Counted from the stretch's first letter, positions 35,501 through 45,455 are shown. The stretch: DNA of 50,311 nt from Candidatus Latescibacterota bacterium (GCA_963662665.2 CAXXJS010000026.1:1-50311), one strand, 5' to 3'. Translations and numbers: made by a program. Notes: generated by a model from the sequence alone, not told the origin.

Positions 35501-38500
35501 GTGATCGACGTACCGGAATTTTCGGTTCTGGAGGAGCGTCTGTTAAGAAATTTCATTGCCATTGCAGCCCTGTTGGGTCTTGGTAACACGGCCTATAGCC
35601 TCCCACATGCGGTCTACTCGCCGGACGGGCAGCGCGCCGTCTGGCTGGTACCCTCCGGTGAGCCGATGGTCCTGCTTACCCAGGTCTGGAAGGGGGGAAC
35701 CGATGGGACGATGCCGACCCGGGTGGGAATTTACCTGGGCCAGCCAGGAGACGCGGGATTTCTGCCCGGAGGTGGACTGATCTATCTGGAGCGGGGGCTC
35801 GATCACGTCGCATTTGGCACGACGCCTTTGGGCAGGCTGACGTCCGACTCACACAGACAGCGTCGCCTGCCCCTGGTCCGCAACCGAATCTGGCGAATTG
35901 AAGCATCCCGGGAGTCTCTCTGGCCATTGCCCGATGGAATGGATCCTGTCAATATGGCGGTTGCGCCGGACGGCCGCCGGCTGGCAGTAACGGACCGCGA
36001 CGGGTTGTGGACCGTCAATGCGTTTGGGCACGCCAGGTTGCTTGTGGCGGGACACGTGCGCGGGCCACTGCAGTGGTCTGCAGCCGGGGATGCCGTGGCC
36101 GCTGTGGTGGCCGGAAAGCCGTCTTTCGTGGGAATGGACGGCGGCGAGGCGCCGGGATGGCGCTCTCTGCGTAAGGCGGAAGGCGCAAGACGGCCGGACC
36201 GGATTACCGAACCCGAAATTGACGCGGCAATGCTCATGGTCCACCAGGCGCTGAACTGGTGGGTGCGGGGACATCACAGTATGCACAGGGGGGAGTACCG
36301 TGGCGCAAGGGATGCCTACAGGGAGTCTGTCAGCGGTTTCAAGGACATACAAAAGGCGTATGCTCCGTTTGGCCTGTCCCGGGGAAGTTGCCAGGGCTAT
36401 ATCGATGCGATTCGAAGTCGCATCAAAAACGACGAGGCCTTGAAGGAAGCGGTCTGCTCGGAACGCCTGCTGGTTGTAGGTGACCTGATTTCAGAGTTTA
36501 ATTCCACGCCAGTCAACGGTTTGACGGCAAGCATGAAAGGGCTGCTGTCATGGGCCTCCGGTGAATTGAAAAGGCGGCAGTTGGATGCGCCAGCGATAAC
36601 GCGCGATATGGGGTTGATACGGCGTCTCTTCCAATGTCCGGCAACCGACGAGCCGCATATGCCTGAAGTCGGATATCATTTCCATCCAAATGTGGAATTC
36701 GGCGGTCCCGTGTTAACCTGCTTCTGGCACCGGGGACGGGTGCAGCATCTAGTCGTAGGTCCGGGCGGATACGCCGCAGAGGCGCGGAATATGGCGCGGG
36801 ACGGAGTGGATTCGCTCTTCAGCCTGGGTGTTGCCCGGCTGGATGGCAATGACGTGAAAGGGTCGATATTTCCGCTCCGTGTTGTTGTACACCAGCGACC
36901 CCGCGACAAAGATGCGCATCTGAAGCTGGGATATGCATTTTTAGAGGACAAATATTACCGTGGCGCAAGATGGGCGTTCAAGAAGGCGGCCACAATGACG
37001 CGTAACGACCCCGAGCCCTATTATGGTCTGGGTCTTGTGCTAATGGAACTCCACAACGAGCGCTACCAGGCCATTTCCTATTTCAGAAAGGCTCTGATCC
37101 GGGATCGGGATTTCGTGGATGCCCGGTACAAGATAGCTCTCGTACGATATATGCTGAACGAGCACGACGTGAAGCCTGAACTGGATCGCGTGTTGAAGAT
37201 AGATCCCGAATACGCCGACGCCTATCTGCTGATGGGCGATTGGTACGCCAATTTTATGGAGGATTACGAGGAAGCCATTGTCTGGTATACCAGGTACCTC
37301 GCGATGCGGCCGGCCGATCAGAGAGTGGGCAGGAGGCTGGGGCACGCGTACCTGAAGGTAAAGGACTACGATCGGATTCTGGATAAGATTCAGGCATTTT
37401 CCCGTGAATATCCCGACGCAATCGAACTCATGCCGATTGTGGCCCAGGCTTGCGCCAAGCGCAGCAAGTACGATATGGCGATGGGCTTTTTCTCAACGTA
37501 CATCTCCCGGTTGGATACGGAGCAGCAGTCTCTCTATTATGACATCGGGCCCATAGCCTCGCCCGAGGAAATGGCCGCATACGAACAGACGACGGGCGAG
37601 GCACGAAAGGCGTTTCTGGAGCTGTTCTGGAGCGTACGCGATCCTGATATAGGCACGCCGGTAAACGAACGGCTCCTGGAACACTACCGTCGAGTCTGGT
37701 ATGCCCATATGCAGTTCTCCAAAGGCAAGGATCCGTGGGACCGGCGCGGTGAGGTGTATATACGGTTTGGAGAGCCGGACCACGTGACCAGTTCGCATAA
37801 CCTGAATGCCAAGCAGAGTCTTCCCGTGCTGCGGGTGAAGGAGCGGCTTGCTACCCAGCTCTACGGAACGCAGGCGATCGGCGCGTCATTTATGGGGCCT
37901 GTGTTTCCCGTTCGCGACTTTTCGCTGCAGCGCGATATTCTGGGCTTTGAGAGCGACGCATCGGATTTCGGTATTGAGGGTGAGCGCGACGCGTTTGCCG
38001 GCGACGATCCGGACGGGGCCGATACGAATCTGCGGCAGATGACGACGTCGGAGGGAAGCCGGGATGGTGGCTCCTCTTCCGATCGGAGCGACCCGGAACG
38101 ACCAAGTGCCGGGGCGACGATTGGCGCGGCCGGAGATATCGGACAGGGTGAACTCGAAAGCATGGCCTTCGGCCCTGTGCCGTCCCGTATCAACACTGAG
38201 ATTTTCGCTGGATCGGGTTTCAACCCGGTACTTGCCGGCGGGGCGGACCTGGGGTCCACGCCGTGGGAATCCTGGATTTATCTGAACATCGACGGGGGCA
38301 TCGAAATTTCGTTTACCGACGAGTTCAACTCCAGGGTTTTTGATTTTGCGCCGGTCCCAAGCGCTCCCGATTTGAATATCGAGCAGATTACGCGGTTTCG
38401 TCGTTATTCGCCAGAGAAGGTCTTCGATATTGCTGTCGCTTTGACCCCGGACTTCTACGCGCCCGAATACGAGCAGGCGCCTTTCGATTTTCACTATACG

Positions 38501-39289
38501 CTGGCGGACTTCAAGGGATCCGATGGAATGAGCGCGCTCGAGATCTACTACGGCATTCCTTGCGCGGCAACAAACTACCTGTCCGAACACAATGTCACAC
38601 AGGTAGCGGTCCGTCGCCAACTGGCGCTGCTCTCGTCCCTCTCGGGCAAGGTCTACCGGAAGACGGCCGAGATATTTCACAAACAGCCGGGCAATCGTAC
38701 TGGCCCTGACGTGGTCGTTCCGGATATCGTCAGGCTGGAAGTGCCGCCAGGTATCTACAGGTTGGAAGTCAAAGCCCGGGATCGGATGACGGGTCGGCTG
38801 GGAATATACCGGCAGCAGGTGGTCGTGGAGTCTTACCACAAAGAGGGTCTTCGTGTGAGCGACCTGGAGCTGGCGTATAGGGTCAGTGAGGCCCCTGACA
38901 ATTCCGGCAAGTTCGGGAAACATGGGTTGAATGTGGTGCCGATGCCCTCCCGAACGTATGGGACGGACCAGAATGTATTTGTCTATTACGAGATCTACAA
39001 CTTGAAAAAGGACGATTTCGGACAGACCCACTACCGGGTGGAATACACGATGGGGCCAAAGGCCGGGGGCGTTCTCTCAAGGATCGCGCAAACGCTCAAG
39101 GGGCGGTACAACAAAAGGGAAGTTGCGGTCGGATATGAACAACTGGGCGTCCAGGAGTCGGAGGTGGCATATACGGAACTGGAACTGGGGGAGGCGCGAT
39201 CGGGGCGCCATTACCTGACCGTGAAAGTCACGGACCTGAACAGTGGCAGGTCCTTTGAGAAAGAAACCACGTTCGTGGTGCAGAGATGA
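35501..39289 (+). CDS. Large multidomain TPR plus GWxTD protein with an N-terminal beta-propeller-like region
   Basis: YSPDG/VAPDG repeats; Cys/His domain; several TPRs; FLELFWSVRDPD...NERLLEHYRRVWY...PWDRRGEVYIRFGEPD; start may be CTG 35540. Confidence 0.9.
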   Translation: MIDVPEFSVLEERLLRNFIAIAALLGLGNTAYSLPHAVYSPDGQRAVWLVPSGEPMVLLTQVWKGGTDGTMPTRVGIYLGQPGDAGFLPGGGLIYLERGLDHVAFGTTPLGRLTSDSHRQRRLPLVRNRIWRIEASRESLWPLPDGMDPVNMAVAPDGRRLAVTDRDGLWTVNAFGHARLLVAGHVRGPLQWSAAGDAVAAVVAGKPSFVGMDGGEAPGWRSLRKAEGARRPDRITEPEIDAAMLMVHQALNWWVRGHHSMHRGEYRGARDAYRESVSGFKDIQKAYAPFGLSRGSCQGYIDAIRSRIKNDEALKEAVCSERLLVVGDLISEFNSTPVNGLTASMKGLLSWASGELKRRQLDAPAITRDMGLIRRLFQCPATDEPHMPEVGYHFHPNVEFGGPVLTCFWHRGRVQHLVVGPGGYAAEARNMARDGVDSLFSLGVARLDGNDVKGSIFPLRVVVHQRPRDKDAHLKLGYAFLEDKYYRGARWAFKKAATMTRNDPEPYYGLGLVLMELHNERYQAISYFRKALIRDRDFVDARYKIALVRYMLNEHDVKPELDRVLKIDPEYADAYLLMGDWYANFMEDYEEAIVWYTRYLAMRPADQRVGRRLGHAYLKVKDYDRILDKIQAFSREYPDAIELMPIVAQACAKRSKYDMAMGFFSTYISRLDTEQQSLYYDIGPIASPEEMAAYEQTTGEARKAFLELFWSVRDPDIGTPVNERLLEHYRRVWYAHMQFSKGKDPWDRRGEVYIRFGEPDHVTSSHNLNAKQSLPVLRVKERLATQLYGTQAIGASFMGPVFPVRDFSLQRDILGFESDASDFGIEGERDAFAGDDPDGADTNLRQMTTSEGSRDGGSSSDRSDPERPSAGATIGAAGDIGQGELESMAFGPVPSRINTEIFAGSGFNPVLAGGADLGSTPWESWIYLNIDGGIEISFTDEFNSRVFDFAPVPSAPDLNIEQITRFRRYSPEKVFDIAVALTPDFYAPEYEQAPFDFHYTLADFKGSDGMSALEIYYGIPCAATNYLSEHNVTQVAVRRQLALLSSLSGKVYRKTAEIFHKQPGNRTGPDVVVPDIVRLEVPPGIYRLEVKARDRMTGRLGIYRQQVVVESYHKEGLRVSDLELAYRVSEAPDNSGKFGKHGLNVVPMPSRTYGTDQNVFVYYEIYNLKKDDFGQTHYRVEYTMGPKAGGVLSRIAQTLKGRYNKREVAVGYEQLGVQESEVAYTELELGEARSGRHYLTVKVTDLNSGRSFEKETTFVVQR

Positions 39290-39447
39290 GACGTTTCGCG
39301 GGCGGGAAATCCTGTCTTCAGCGGAACTGATTTGCCGGTACACGGATTGAACCGACGCGACAATGTACCCTCGGCTTGCCTGGATCTGTTTCTACCGGGA
39401 GGTCGTCTATTGTTCGGAAGAAGACGCCGGTGAAGGAGAATGCGCAC

Positions 39448-40590
39448 ATGGCGCGCCTGTTTCTTGGTGTTGCACTCGCTGCTATCATCGCAATTGCCCC
39501 GGCGCGGGTCCGGGCAGAAAGCGTAACGATCGAAGATGTGGACTTTGACGGTAACGGGACCATCGATCTGACCGATTTTGTTCTGTTTGCACGGGCTTTT
39601 CAGTCGGACGATCCGATTTACGATCTGGATGGCAGCCGCACCGTGGACCTGCCCGACTTCGAAATCTTCGCAACCTTCTTCGGACAGAAAGTCGTCGATG
39701 GGCCCGTGGTGCCGATACTCAAGCATGAACTCCAAGAGGTACCTGCAGGAGAATATTTCATGGGTACCGATCAGGGCGGGCTGCCTCCGGACGGGCCGGA
39801 ACACGTCGTATACCTGGACGCGTTCAGGATTGACAAATACGAAGTGAACAACGTCCAGTATATAGCGTTTCTGAACGACAGGAACCGGAACACCAAAACG
39901 GTCGGCCGCACGGCGCCCTGGCAGACGGACGAAGATATCGCCTACGAGAATGCGGTCAACCGTAACCGGGACTCGGAAGACAATGTGCTATACAATCTGG
40001 ATGCGAGAACGGCGGATATCCGAATATCGATCGATGTGTTGGCCGGACGGGAAGGGGACGATGATGAAGAAAGCGAGGAACTGGGGCGTACGATCAAGGA
40101 TGAGTACGTGTTGAAGGCGTTTTATCTCGCCAACCGGGCCGTGACGAACGTGACCTGGTTTGGCGCCAAAGCCTACTGTGAATGGGCCGGAATGCGCCTC
40201 CCGACGGAAGCAGAATGGGAAAAGGCGGCACGGGGAACGGACAAGCGGCCCTACCCCTGGGGTACCGCGACACCCACCCCTGAACACGCAAATATCGCCG
40301 ATCTCGTAGGTCGAACGGTGGACGTAGGCAGCTACCCTAAGGGGGTCAGCCCCTACGGGGCGCACGATATGTCCGGCAATGCCTTCGAATGGTGTGAGGA
40401 CTGGTTCAACCCCGATTATTATCACGATACGCCAAAAGATAATCCAAAAGGGCCGGAGATCGGACTCAACCGCGTGATGCGGGGCGGATCCTGGAAGTTC
40501 CCCGACCTTGCCGACACGACCACCCGGTGGTTCGATGCACCCTTCGCTACGGATTCGGATCTTGGATTCCGGTGCGCGAGTGATTTCTGA
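39448..40590 (+). CDS. Secreted FGE-sulfatase (SUMF1/EgtB/PvdO)-fold protein with an N-terminal dockerin-like EF-hand pair
   Basis: DFDGNGTIDLTDF and DLDGSRTVDLPDF; RLPTEAEWEKAARG, DMSGNAFEW, RGGSW, LGFRC; AAGGAG before ATG 39448. Confidence 0.92.
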   Translation: MARLFLGVALAAIIAIAPARVRAESVTIEDVDFDGNGTIDLTDFVLFARAFQSDDPIYDLDGSRTVDLPDFEIFATFFGQKVVDGPVVPILKHELQEVPAGEYFMGTDQGGLPPDGPEHVVYLDAFRIDKYEVNNVQYIAFLNDRNRNTKTVGRTAPWQTDEDIAYENAVNRNRDSEDNVLYNLDARTADIRISIDVLAGREGDDDEESEELGRTIKDEYVLKAFYLANRAVTNVTWFGAKAYCEWAGMRLPTEAEWEKAARGTDKRPYPWGTATPTPEHANIADLVGRTVDVGSYPKGVSPYGAHDMSGNAFEWCEDWFNPDYYHDTPKDNPKGPEIGLNRVMRGGSWKFPDLADTTTRWFDAPFATDSDLGFRCASDF

Positions 40591-40688
40591 CGGTGCCGGC
40601 GTCCGGCCGAAAGCAACGCCTGCGACGAGAGGAGGCATCCGGCTTCAACCGTCCGGTCAGACGGGAAAAGGTGTGAGGGGAAGCGCAG

Positions 40689-41924
40689 ATGCGGTTTGGT
40701 AATTGTAGTTTGTGGCGGTTCGGTTTGCGGTTTGCCGTCGCGCTGCTTGCCTGTTTTCCGGCGGCGTGCGCTGACGACAATCCCGTCGATTCCGACGATG
40801 ACGAGGAACCGATTGCACCGCCTTCGCTATGTTCGGATGCGCCGGGGACGATCTGCACCTGGGCGGGAACCGGAGATGCGGGTTGGGACGGCGACGGCAA
40901 CGTGTTGCTGTTGTCGACGTTCTACTGGCCTGTGGATGTGATGGTTACGCACGAGGGCCGGGTTTATGTTCTGGACTGGAACAACCATCGCGTGCGCCGT
41001 GCGGCCATAGGCGATAGCACGCTTGAGACGGCGATCGGCAGCGGATTAATGGGCGATGGATCTTATGCGCAGTCCGAGCGTATCCCGCCGGGGGCGCCAG
41101 GCAGGTCCGTCAACCTAAGTCATCCCACGCATCTCGTCCAGCTTTCAGGCGGGGCTTATCTGCTTACCGCGTGGCGAAACCACAAGCTGCGGATTTTCGA
41201 TCCTGTCAGTGGGAGGGTACGGGTATTCGTGGGAGACACTCCGGGGTTTGCCGGCGACGGAGGCGCCGCGGAGGACGCGATCCTGAACCATCCTTCACAG
41301 ACTGTGCTTGCTCCAGGCAACACGCTCTTTGTCCTGGATCAGCGTAACCTGCGGGTAAGGAAGATCGATGCCAACAGTGTCATTACCACGGTGGCGGGAA
41401 CGGGCACGGCCGGATTCAACGGTGACGGCGGTCCTCCCCGTCTGGCGCAGCTTAACCTCCCGGCGGGCAACAGTCCCCGGCCGGCAGGCGGATTGGCTCT
41501 GGGACCCGACGGCAATCTATATATTTCCGACACGCTCAACCAGCGGATTCGGCGCGTGGATTTCGAAAGGGATGTGATCGAAACCGTTGCGGGAACGGGC
41601 GCCGCGGGATTCAGTGGTGACGGTGGACCTGCCGAACAGGCAATGTTGAACAACCCCCGCGATATTCAATTCGGTCCGGACGGGCGGCTGTACGTTGCCG
41701 ATGAGATGAACCATCGCATCCGGGCGATCGATCTGGCTTCCGGAACGATAGCGACGGTGGCCGGAAACGGACAGCCGGGAATCAGCGGAGACGGAGGTCA
41801 GGCGACGGCGGCCGCATTGAACCGGCCCGCGGGAGTCGCGTTTGATAACGCAAACGGGTACCTCTATATTGCCGATACGTTCAACCATCGTATCCGGCTC
41901 GTTAAGCTTGCGGGCGCTCCCTGA
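40689..41924 (+). CDS. NHL-repeat (teneurin-like) beta-propeller lipoprotein
   Basis: Lipobox PAAC; repeated TVAGTG.AGFSGDGGPA..A.LN.P and LYIADT.NHRIR. Confidence 0.92.
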   Translation: MRFGNCSLWRFGLRFAVALLACFPAACADDNPVDSDDDEEPIAPPSLCSDAPGTICTWAGTGDAGWDGDGNVLLLSTFYWPVDVMVTHEGRVYVLDWNNHRVRRAAIGDSTLETAIGSGLMGDGSYAQSERIPPGAPGRSVNLSHPTHLVQLSGGAYLLTAWRNHKLRIFDPVSGRVRVFVGDTPGFAGDGGAAEDAILNHPSQTVLAPGNTLFVLDQRNLRVRKIDANSVITTVAGTGTAGFNGDGGPPRLAQLNLPAGNSPRPAGGLALGPDGNLYISDTLNQRIRRVDFERDVIETVAGTGAAGFSGDGGPAEQAMLNNPRDIQFGPDGRLYVADEMNHRIRAIDLASGTIATVAGNGQPGISGDGGQATAAALNRPAGVAFDNANGYLYIADTFNHRIRLVKLAGAP

Positions 41925-41987
41925 CACGTTGTTCCATCGTCTATTGAAATTACCGGATCAACGGACCTGAAGGCGCGGAGGTTTGTC

Positions 41988-43454
41988 TTGCCGGACCAGC
42001 CCAATTTTCTGGTGATTTTATCGGACCAGCACAACCGGCGGGTTATGGGTTGTGCCGGGGATCCAATTGTCCGTACGCCCCATCTCGACGCCCTGGCGGA
42101 ACGCGGCGTGCTGTTCGAAAATACCTACTGCGGATCCCCGCTATGCGTGCCGTCGCGAATGACCTTTCTCACGGGTCGGCATTCCTCCGACATCGAGGTG
42201 TGGTCCAATTCCTGTTTTCTCAGGTCGGATATTCCCACCTTCGCGCACGGTCTCGGGTTGACGGGTTATGAGACGGTCCTGGGAGGCAGGATGCACTTTG
42301 TGGGGCCGGATCAGCGGCACGGTTTCGAACGGCGCATCATGGGAGATGTGTCGGGTCCATTGCCGGGTGGCCCGGGCCCCAATCTGGGGCATATTCCAAC
42401 GGGGACGACGGGGCAGGCCCGTCGCTCGGTCGAAGTGTCAGGACCCGGGCGTACGGCCTACCAGGCGTACGACGTGGCGGTGACGGAGGCCTGTCGTGAG
42501 TTTCTTTCGAGCCGTGACAGGATTGGAGCAACTGATCGACCCTTTTGTCTGGTAACGGGGTATGTGCTGCCGCATTGTCCTTTCATTTGTCCCAGAGACT
42601 TATATGAAGAATACTATGATCGGGTGGAGATTCCGGGGGTGCCGGAGGGCTACCTGGATCGGCTGCATCCTGCGGTCCAACTCTGGCGCGAGAAGCGTGG
42701 GGTGAACGGATTGAGCGAAGACGCGGTACGCCGTGCCCGCGCGGCCTACTACGGGCTCATCACCTTTATGGACGGCCTTATCGGACAATTGCTCGAGACG
42801 CTGGCGTCAACGTCATTCGCGGATAACACCGTGGTGATCTATCTCTCGGACCATGGAGAGATGGCCGGCGAACACGGGATGTGGTGGAAGAGCAGTTTTT
42901 ACGAGGGATCCGCGGGAGTGCCCATGATTGCGTCCTTTCCTGGGCGATTCGCAGAAGAACGGCGTGTGGATGCGGTGACAAGCCTGCTTGATGTCGGGCC
43001 GACGTTAATCGATCTTGCCGGCGGGGATCCGCTGCCGGAGGTCGCAGGCCGTAGCCTGAGGCGTTTTCTGGAAGGGGACGGACAGCGTGCGGCCTGGTCG
43101 AATGAAATTTTCTCGGAGAATTACAGCGGCGCCGACGAGCCGCCGGGCAGGATGGTCCGCCAGGGCCCCTGGAAATTGAATTACTATCATGGTTACGATG
43201 AACCGCAGTTGTTCAATCTGGATGAGGATCCGCTCGAATTTGATGACCGGGCGCAGGACCCGGACTGCGCGGAGGTGAGTAAAGCGCTGCTGGCGCGGGT
43301 CCGGGATGGCTGGGACGGGGGGACGATACGGCCCAGACTGCGACGCCGGACGGAGGGGAGGCGCCTTTTGCGGGAGTGGGCCGGTGCCGTGGAACACGAT
43401 CTGGCGGATTTCTGGAGGGCGCCATCGGGTTGTAACGTTTTTCCGGAAGCATGA
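41988..43454 (+). CDS. Cys-type sulfatase (choline-sulfatase-like)
   Basis: PNFLVILSDQH, CVPSRMTFLTG (CxPxR), GRMHF, SDHGEMAGEHG, WKSSFYE. Confidence 0.93.
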   Translation: MPDQPNFLVILSDQHNRRVMGCAGDPIVRTPHLDALAERGVLFENTYCGSPLCVPSRMTFLTGRHSSDIEVWSNSCFLRSDIPTFAHGLGLTGYETVLGGRMHFVGPDQRHGFERRIMGDVSGPLPGGPGPNLGHIPTGTTGQARRSVEVSGPGRTAYQAYDVAVTEACREFLSSRDRIGATDRPFCLVTGYVLPHCPFICPRDLYEEYYDRVEIPGVPEGYLDRLHPAVQLWREKRGVNGLSEDAVRRARAAYYGLITFMDGLIGQLLETLASTSFADNTVVIYLSDHGEMAGEHGMWWKSSFYEGSAGVPMIASFPGRFAEERRVDAVTSLLDVGPTLIDLAGGDPLPEVAGRSLRRFLEGDGQRAAWSNEIFSENYSGADEPPGRMVRQGPWKLNYYHGYDEPQLFNLDEDPLEFDDRAQDPDCAEVSKALLARVRDGWDGGTIRPRLRRRTEGRRLLREWAGAVEHDLADFWRAPSGCNVFPEA

Positions 43455-43614
43455 TGAGCCGCGGTAAATTCGCGCGGAACAGGGAGTCGCACGCGCCGGC
43501 CCTGCTCGGAGGCTGTTTCAATTGTATACAGCGTTCCCGGCCAGGGCGTTTTTTTTCACACAGATGCGTCGTCGCTCTCCCTTGTCCTCCGGCACGGATT
43601 CTGCGAACGGCGCC

Positions 43615-45345
43615 TCAACGTTCCATTACGGGCAGGATGACGTATGAACGCCGTTCAGCGTCGTGGAATACGGTATTGACGGCGGTCTGGCCGGTGGCTT
43701 CCTCGCCGAAGGGACCCCCCGTGTTCAGGTTGCGATCGTACCGGGGGAAATCGCTGCTTGTAATTTCTATCCGCAGCCGGTGCCCAGATTGGAACACCTG
43801 TGCCGTGGCGGACATGTCAATTTCAAACCTGTAGATCTTGCCTGGCGTCAGCAACTCCGCGTGTTGCAAGGAGTTACGGAATCGCGCCCTCAGGATGCCG
43901 TCGCAGACGGGCATGGAACGGCCGTCCGGCCAGACGTCGCAGAGCCTGACCACCCAATCCGTATCGGGCGCCGACGACAGGCCGTGCAGGATGGCTCTGA
44001 CGGGTCCGATGACGGTCAGGTCTCGCTTCAGTTCGCTGGAAGTATAGGTGAGCATTCCGCCTTCAAGGTGCCGATGGTCCACCGGCCCCAGCGTGGGATA
44101 GAAGCGTAGCCCGGGCATGGGGTCGTCTGGATTGTAAGGAAAGCTGTCCGGACGTTCGGCCGCATTTGGCGGATCGAAGGTCAGGCCGCCGTTGTTGAGC
44201 GAGGTTTCGTCTCTTCCGGAACCCTCCCGAAAATACGCAGACCGGAACGTAATGCCCGGCGGCGGCCAATCGTCCAGATCCAGCCACTCGTTCTTGCCCA
44301 TCAGGAAAATGCGTACCGGCGGACCATCCATCATTCCGTTGTCCATTCCCTTCAGCCAGTAATCGTACCATTGCAGACGGTGCGCATTCATGTCGAACAC
44401 CGCCTGAGGGCCGAAGTCGAGGTCCCCGACGACCCGTTTGGCGGCGTTACCGGGCCCGTGGATCCAGGGTCCGATGAGAAGGCGTTGACCTTCTCTGCAT
44501 GCCCGGGTTCGACCGTTTTTTCGGATTCCCTCGAACGACTGCAGCGTACCGTCCAGGAAGACGTCGAACCACGCGCCGAAATGCAGCATGGGTGTGTCGA
44601 TATCGCCGAATTTCGACATGATGTTCGTGGGCCACCAGTAGGGACCGTCTTCGGGGTGGTCCAGGTCCTCGAAGTACCAATCGAGCAGGCCCTCCAGGGG
44701 CGGGAATGACTTCAACGGAAGGTGCTGCGCCCAGTCTTCGTGTTCATCCAATGCAGCTGCAAGCCGGGCCGTTGCGGCCTCCATACCCGGTGGCGCGCTA
44801 TCGTGTTTCAACTGGGCCAGCAGGGTCTGCATCGCCCATTTCTGGAAGGGCAGGGAATAGGCGCCGTAACGGTACCAGAAGCCGCCGTAATAGTCCGCGC
44901 CGCCCTGCCGCACGTAGAGCGCCTTCAGGTGCGGTGGCCGGGTGGGGGCAACCATGTACTGCGAAAAACCCGAATAGGACCCGTCGGCCATGCCCACGCG
45001 GCCATTGGACCATGACTGAGTCCCGGCCCATTCAATGGTATCATTTCCATCGCGGTTGGCGCCCCAGCCGTCGTCCCGGAATGGCCGCCAATCGCCTCCG
45101 GAAGCAAAGGTGCCGCGTACGTTCTGTCCTACGAAAACGTACCCCCGGCTTGCGAAGAATTCGCCATTGGATGTACACCGTCCAATCAGTTCGTAGGCTA
45201 CACGTTCCACGATCACTGGATATCTGCCTTCGGCTTCGGGTCGGTAGACGTCTGCCCTGAGGATGACGCCGTCCCGCATCTTTATGGGTACATTGCGTTC
45301 TACGCGTACGGTGTGCCGAGGTTCGGACAGGCCTGTATCCTGCAT
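43615..45345 (-). CDS. CocE/NonD (Xaa-Pro dipeptidyl-peptidase-like) hydrolase
   Basis: MRDGVILRAD, nucleophile GSYSG, AWFD, IGPWIH, SSDFPRYDRN. Confidence 0.95.
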   Translation of the reverse strand: MQDTGLSEPRHTVRVERNVPIKMRDGVILRADVYRPEAEGRYPVIVERVAYELIGRCTSNGEFFASRGYVFVGQNVRGTFASGGDWRPFRDDGWGANRDGNDTIEWAGTQSWSNGRVGMADGSYSGFSQYMVAPTRPPHLKALYVRQGGADYYGGFWYRYGAYSLPFQKWAMQTLLAQLKHDSAPPGMEAATARLAAALDEHEDWAQHLPLKSFPPLEGLLDWYFEDLDHPEDGPYWWPTNIMSKFGDIDTPMLHFGAWFDVFLDGTLQSFEGIRKNGRTRACREGQRLLIGPWIHGPGNAAKRVVGDLDFGPQAVFDMNAHRLQWYDYWLKGMDNGMMDGPPVRIFLMGKNEWLDLDDWPPPGITFRSAYFREGSGRDETSLNNGGLTFDPPNAAERPDSFPYNPDDPMPGLRFYPTLGPVDHRHLEGGMLTYTSSELKRDLTVIGPVRAILHGLSSAPDTDWVVRLCDVWPDGRSMPVCDGILRARFRNSLQHAELLTPGKIYRFEIDMSATAQVFQSGHRLRIEITSSDFPRYDRNLNTGGPFGEEATGQTAVNTVFHDAERRSYVILPVMER

Positions 45346-45396
45346 GGGTTTCTCCCGTTCCTATGGTTGGCCGTATCCGGTCGGATTTCACCGGAT

Positions 45397-45455
45397 ATAA
45401 TGCCAACTGTTAGAGATGTACGTCAATGGCGTAGCTTCCGGTAACGCCATTGACG
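45397..45455 (-). promoter_or_regulatory. Promoter for the CocE/NonD gene with an overlapping 12-bp inverted repeat
   Basis: Minus strand TTGACG-18 nt-CATTAT preceded by TGn; IR cgtcaatggcgt-N11-acgccattgacg at 45421-45455. Confidence 0.45.

Noticed and set aside
40470-40590. FGE-fold C-terminus as a possible diversity-generating retroelement target
   Set aside because: No template-repeat copy and no reverse transcriptase seen in the window.
41988-43454. Calling this gene betC
   Set aside because: Choline-sulfatase-like, but no bet/choline transport context; substrate cannot be assigned.
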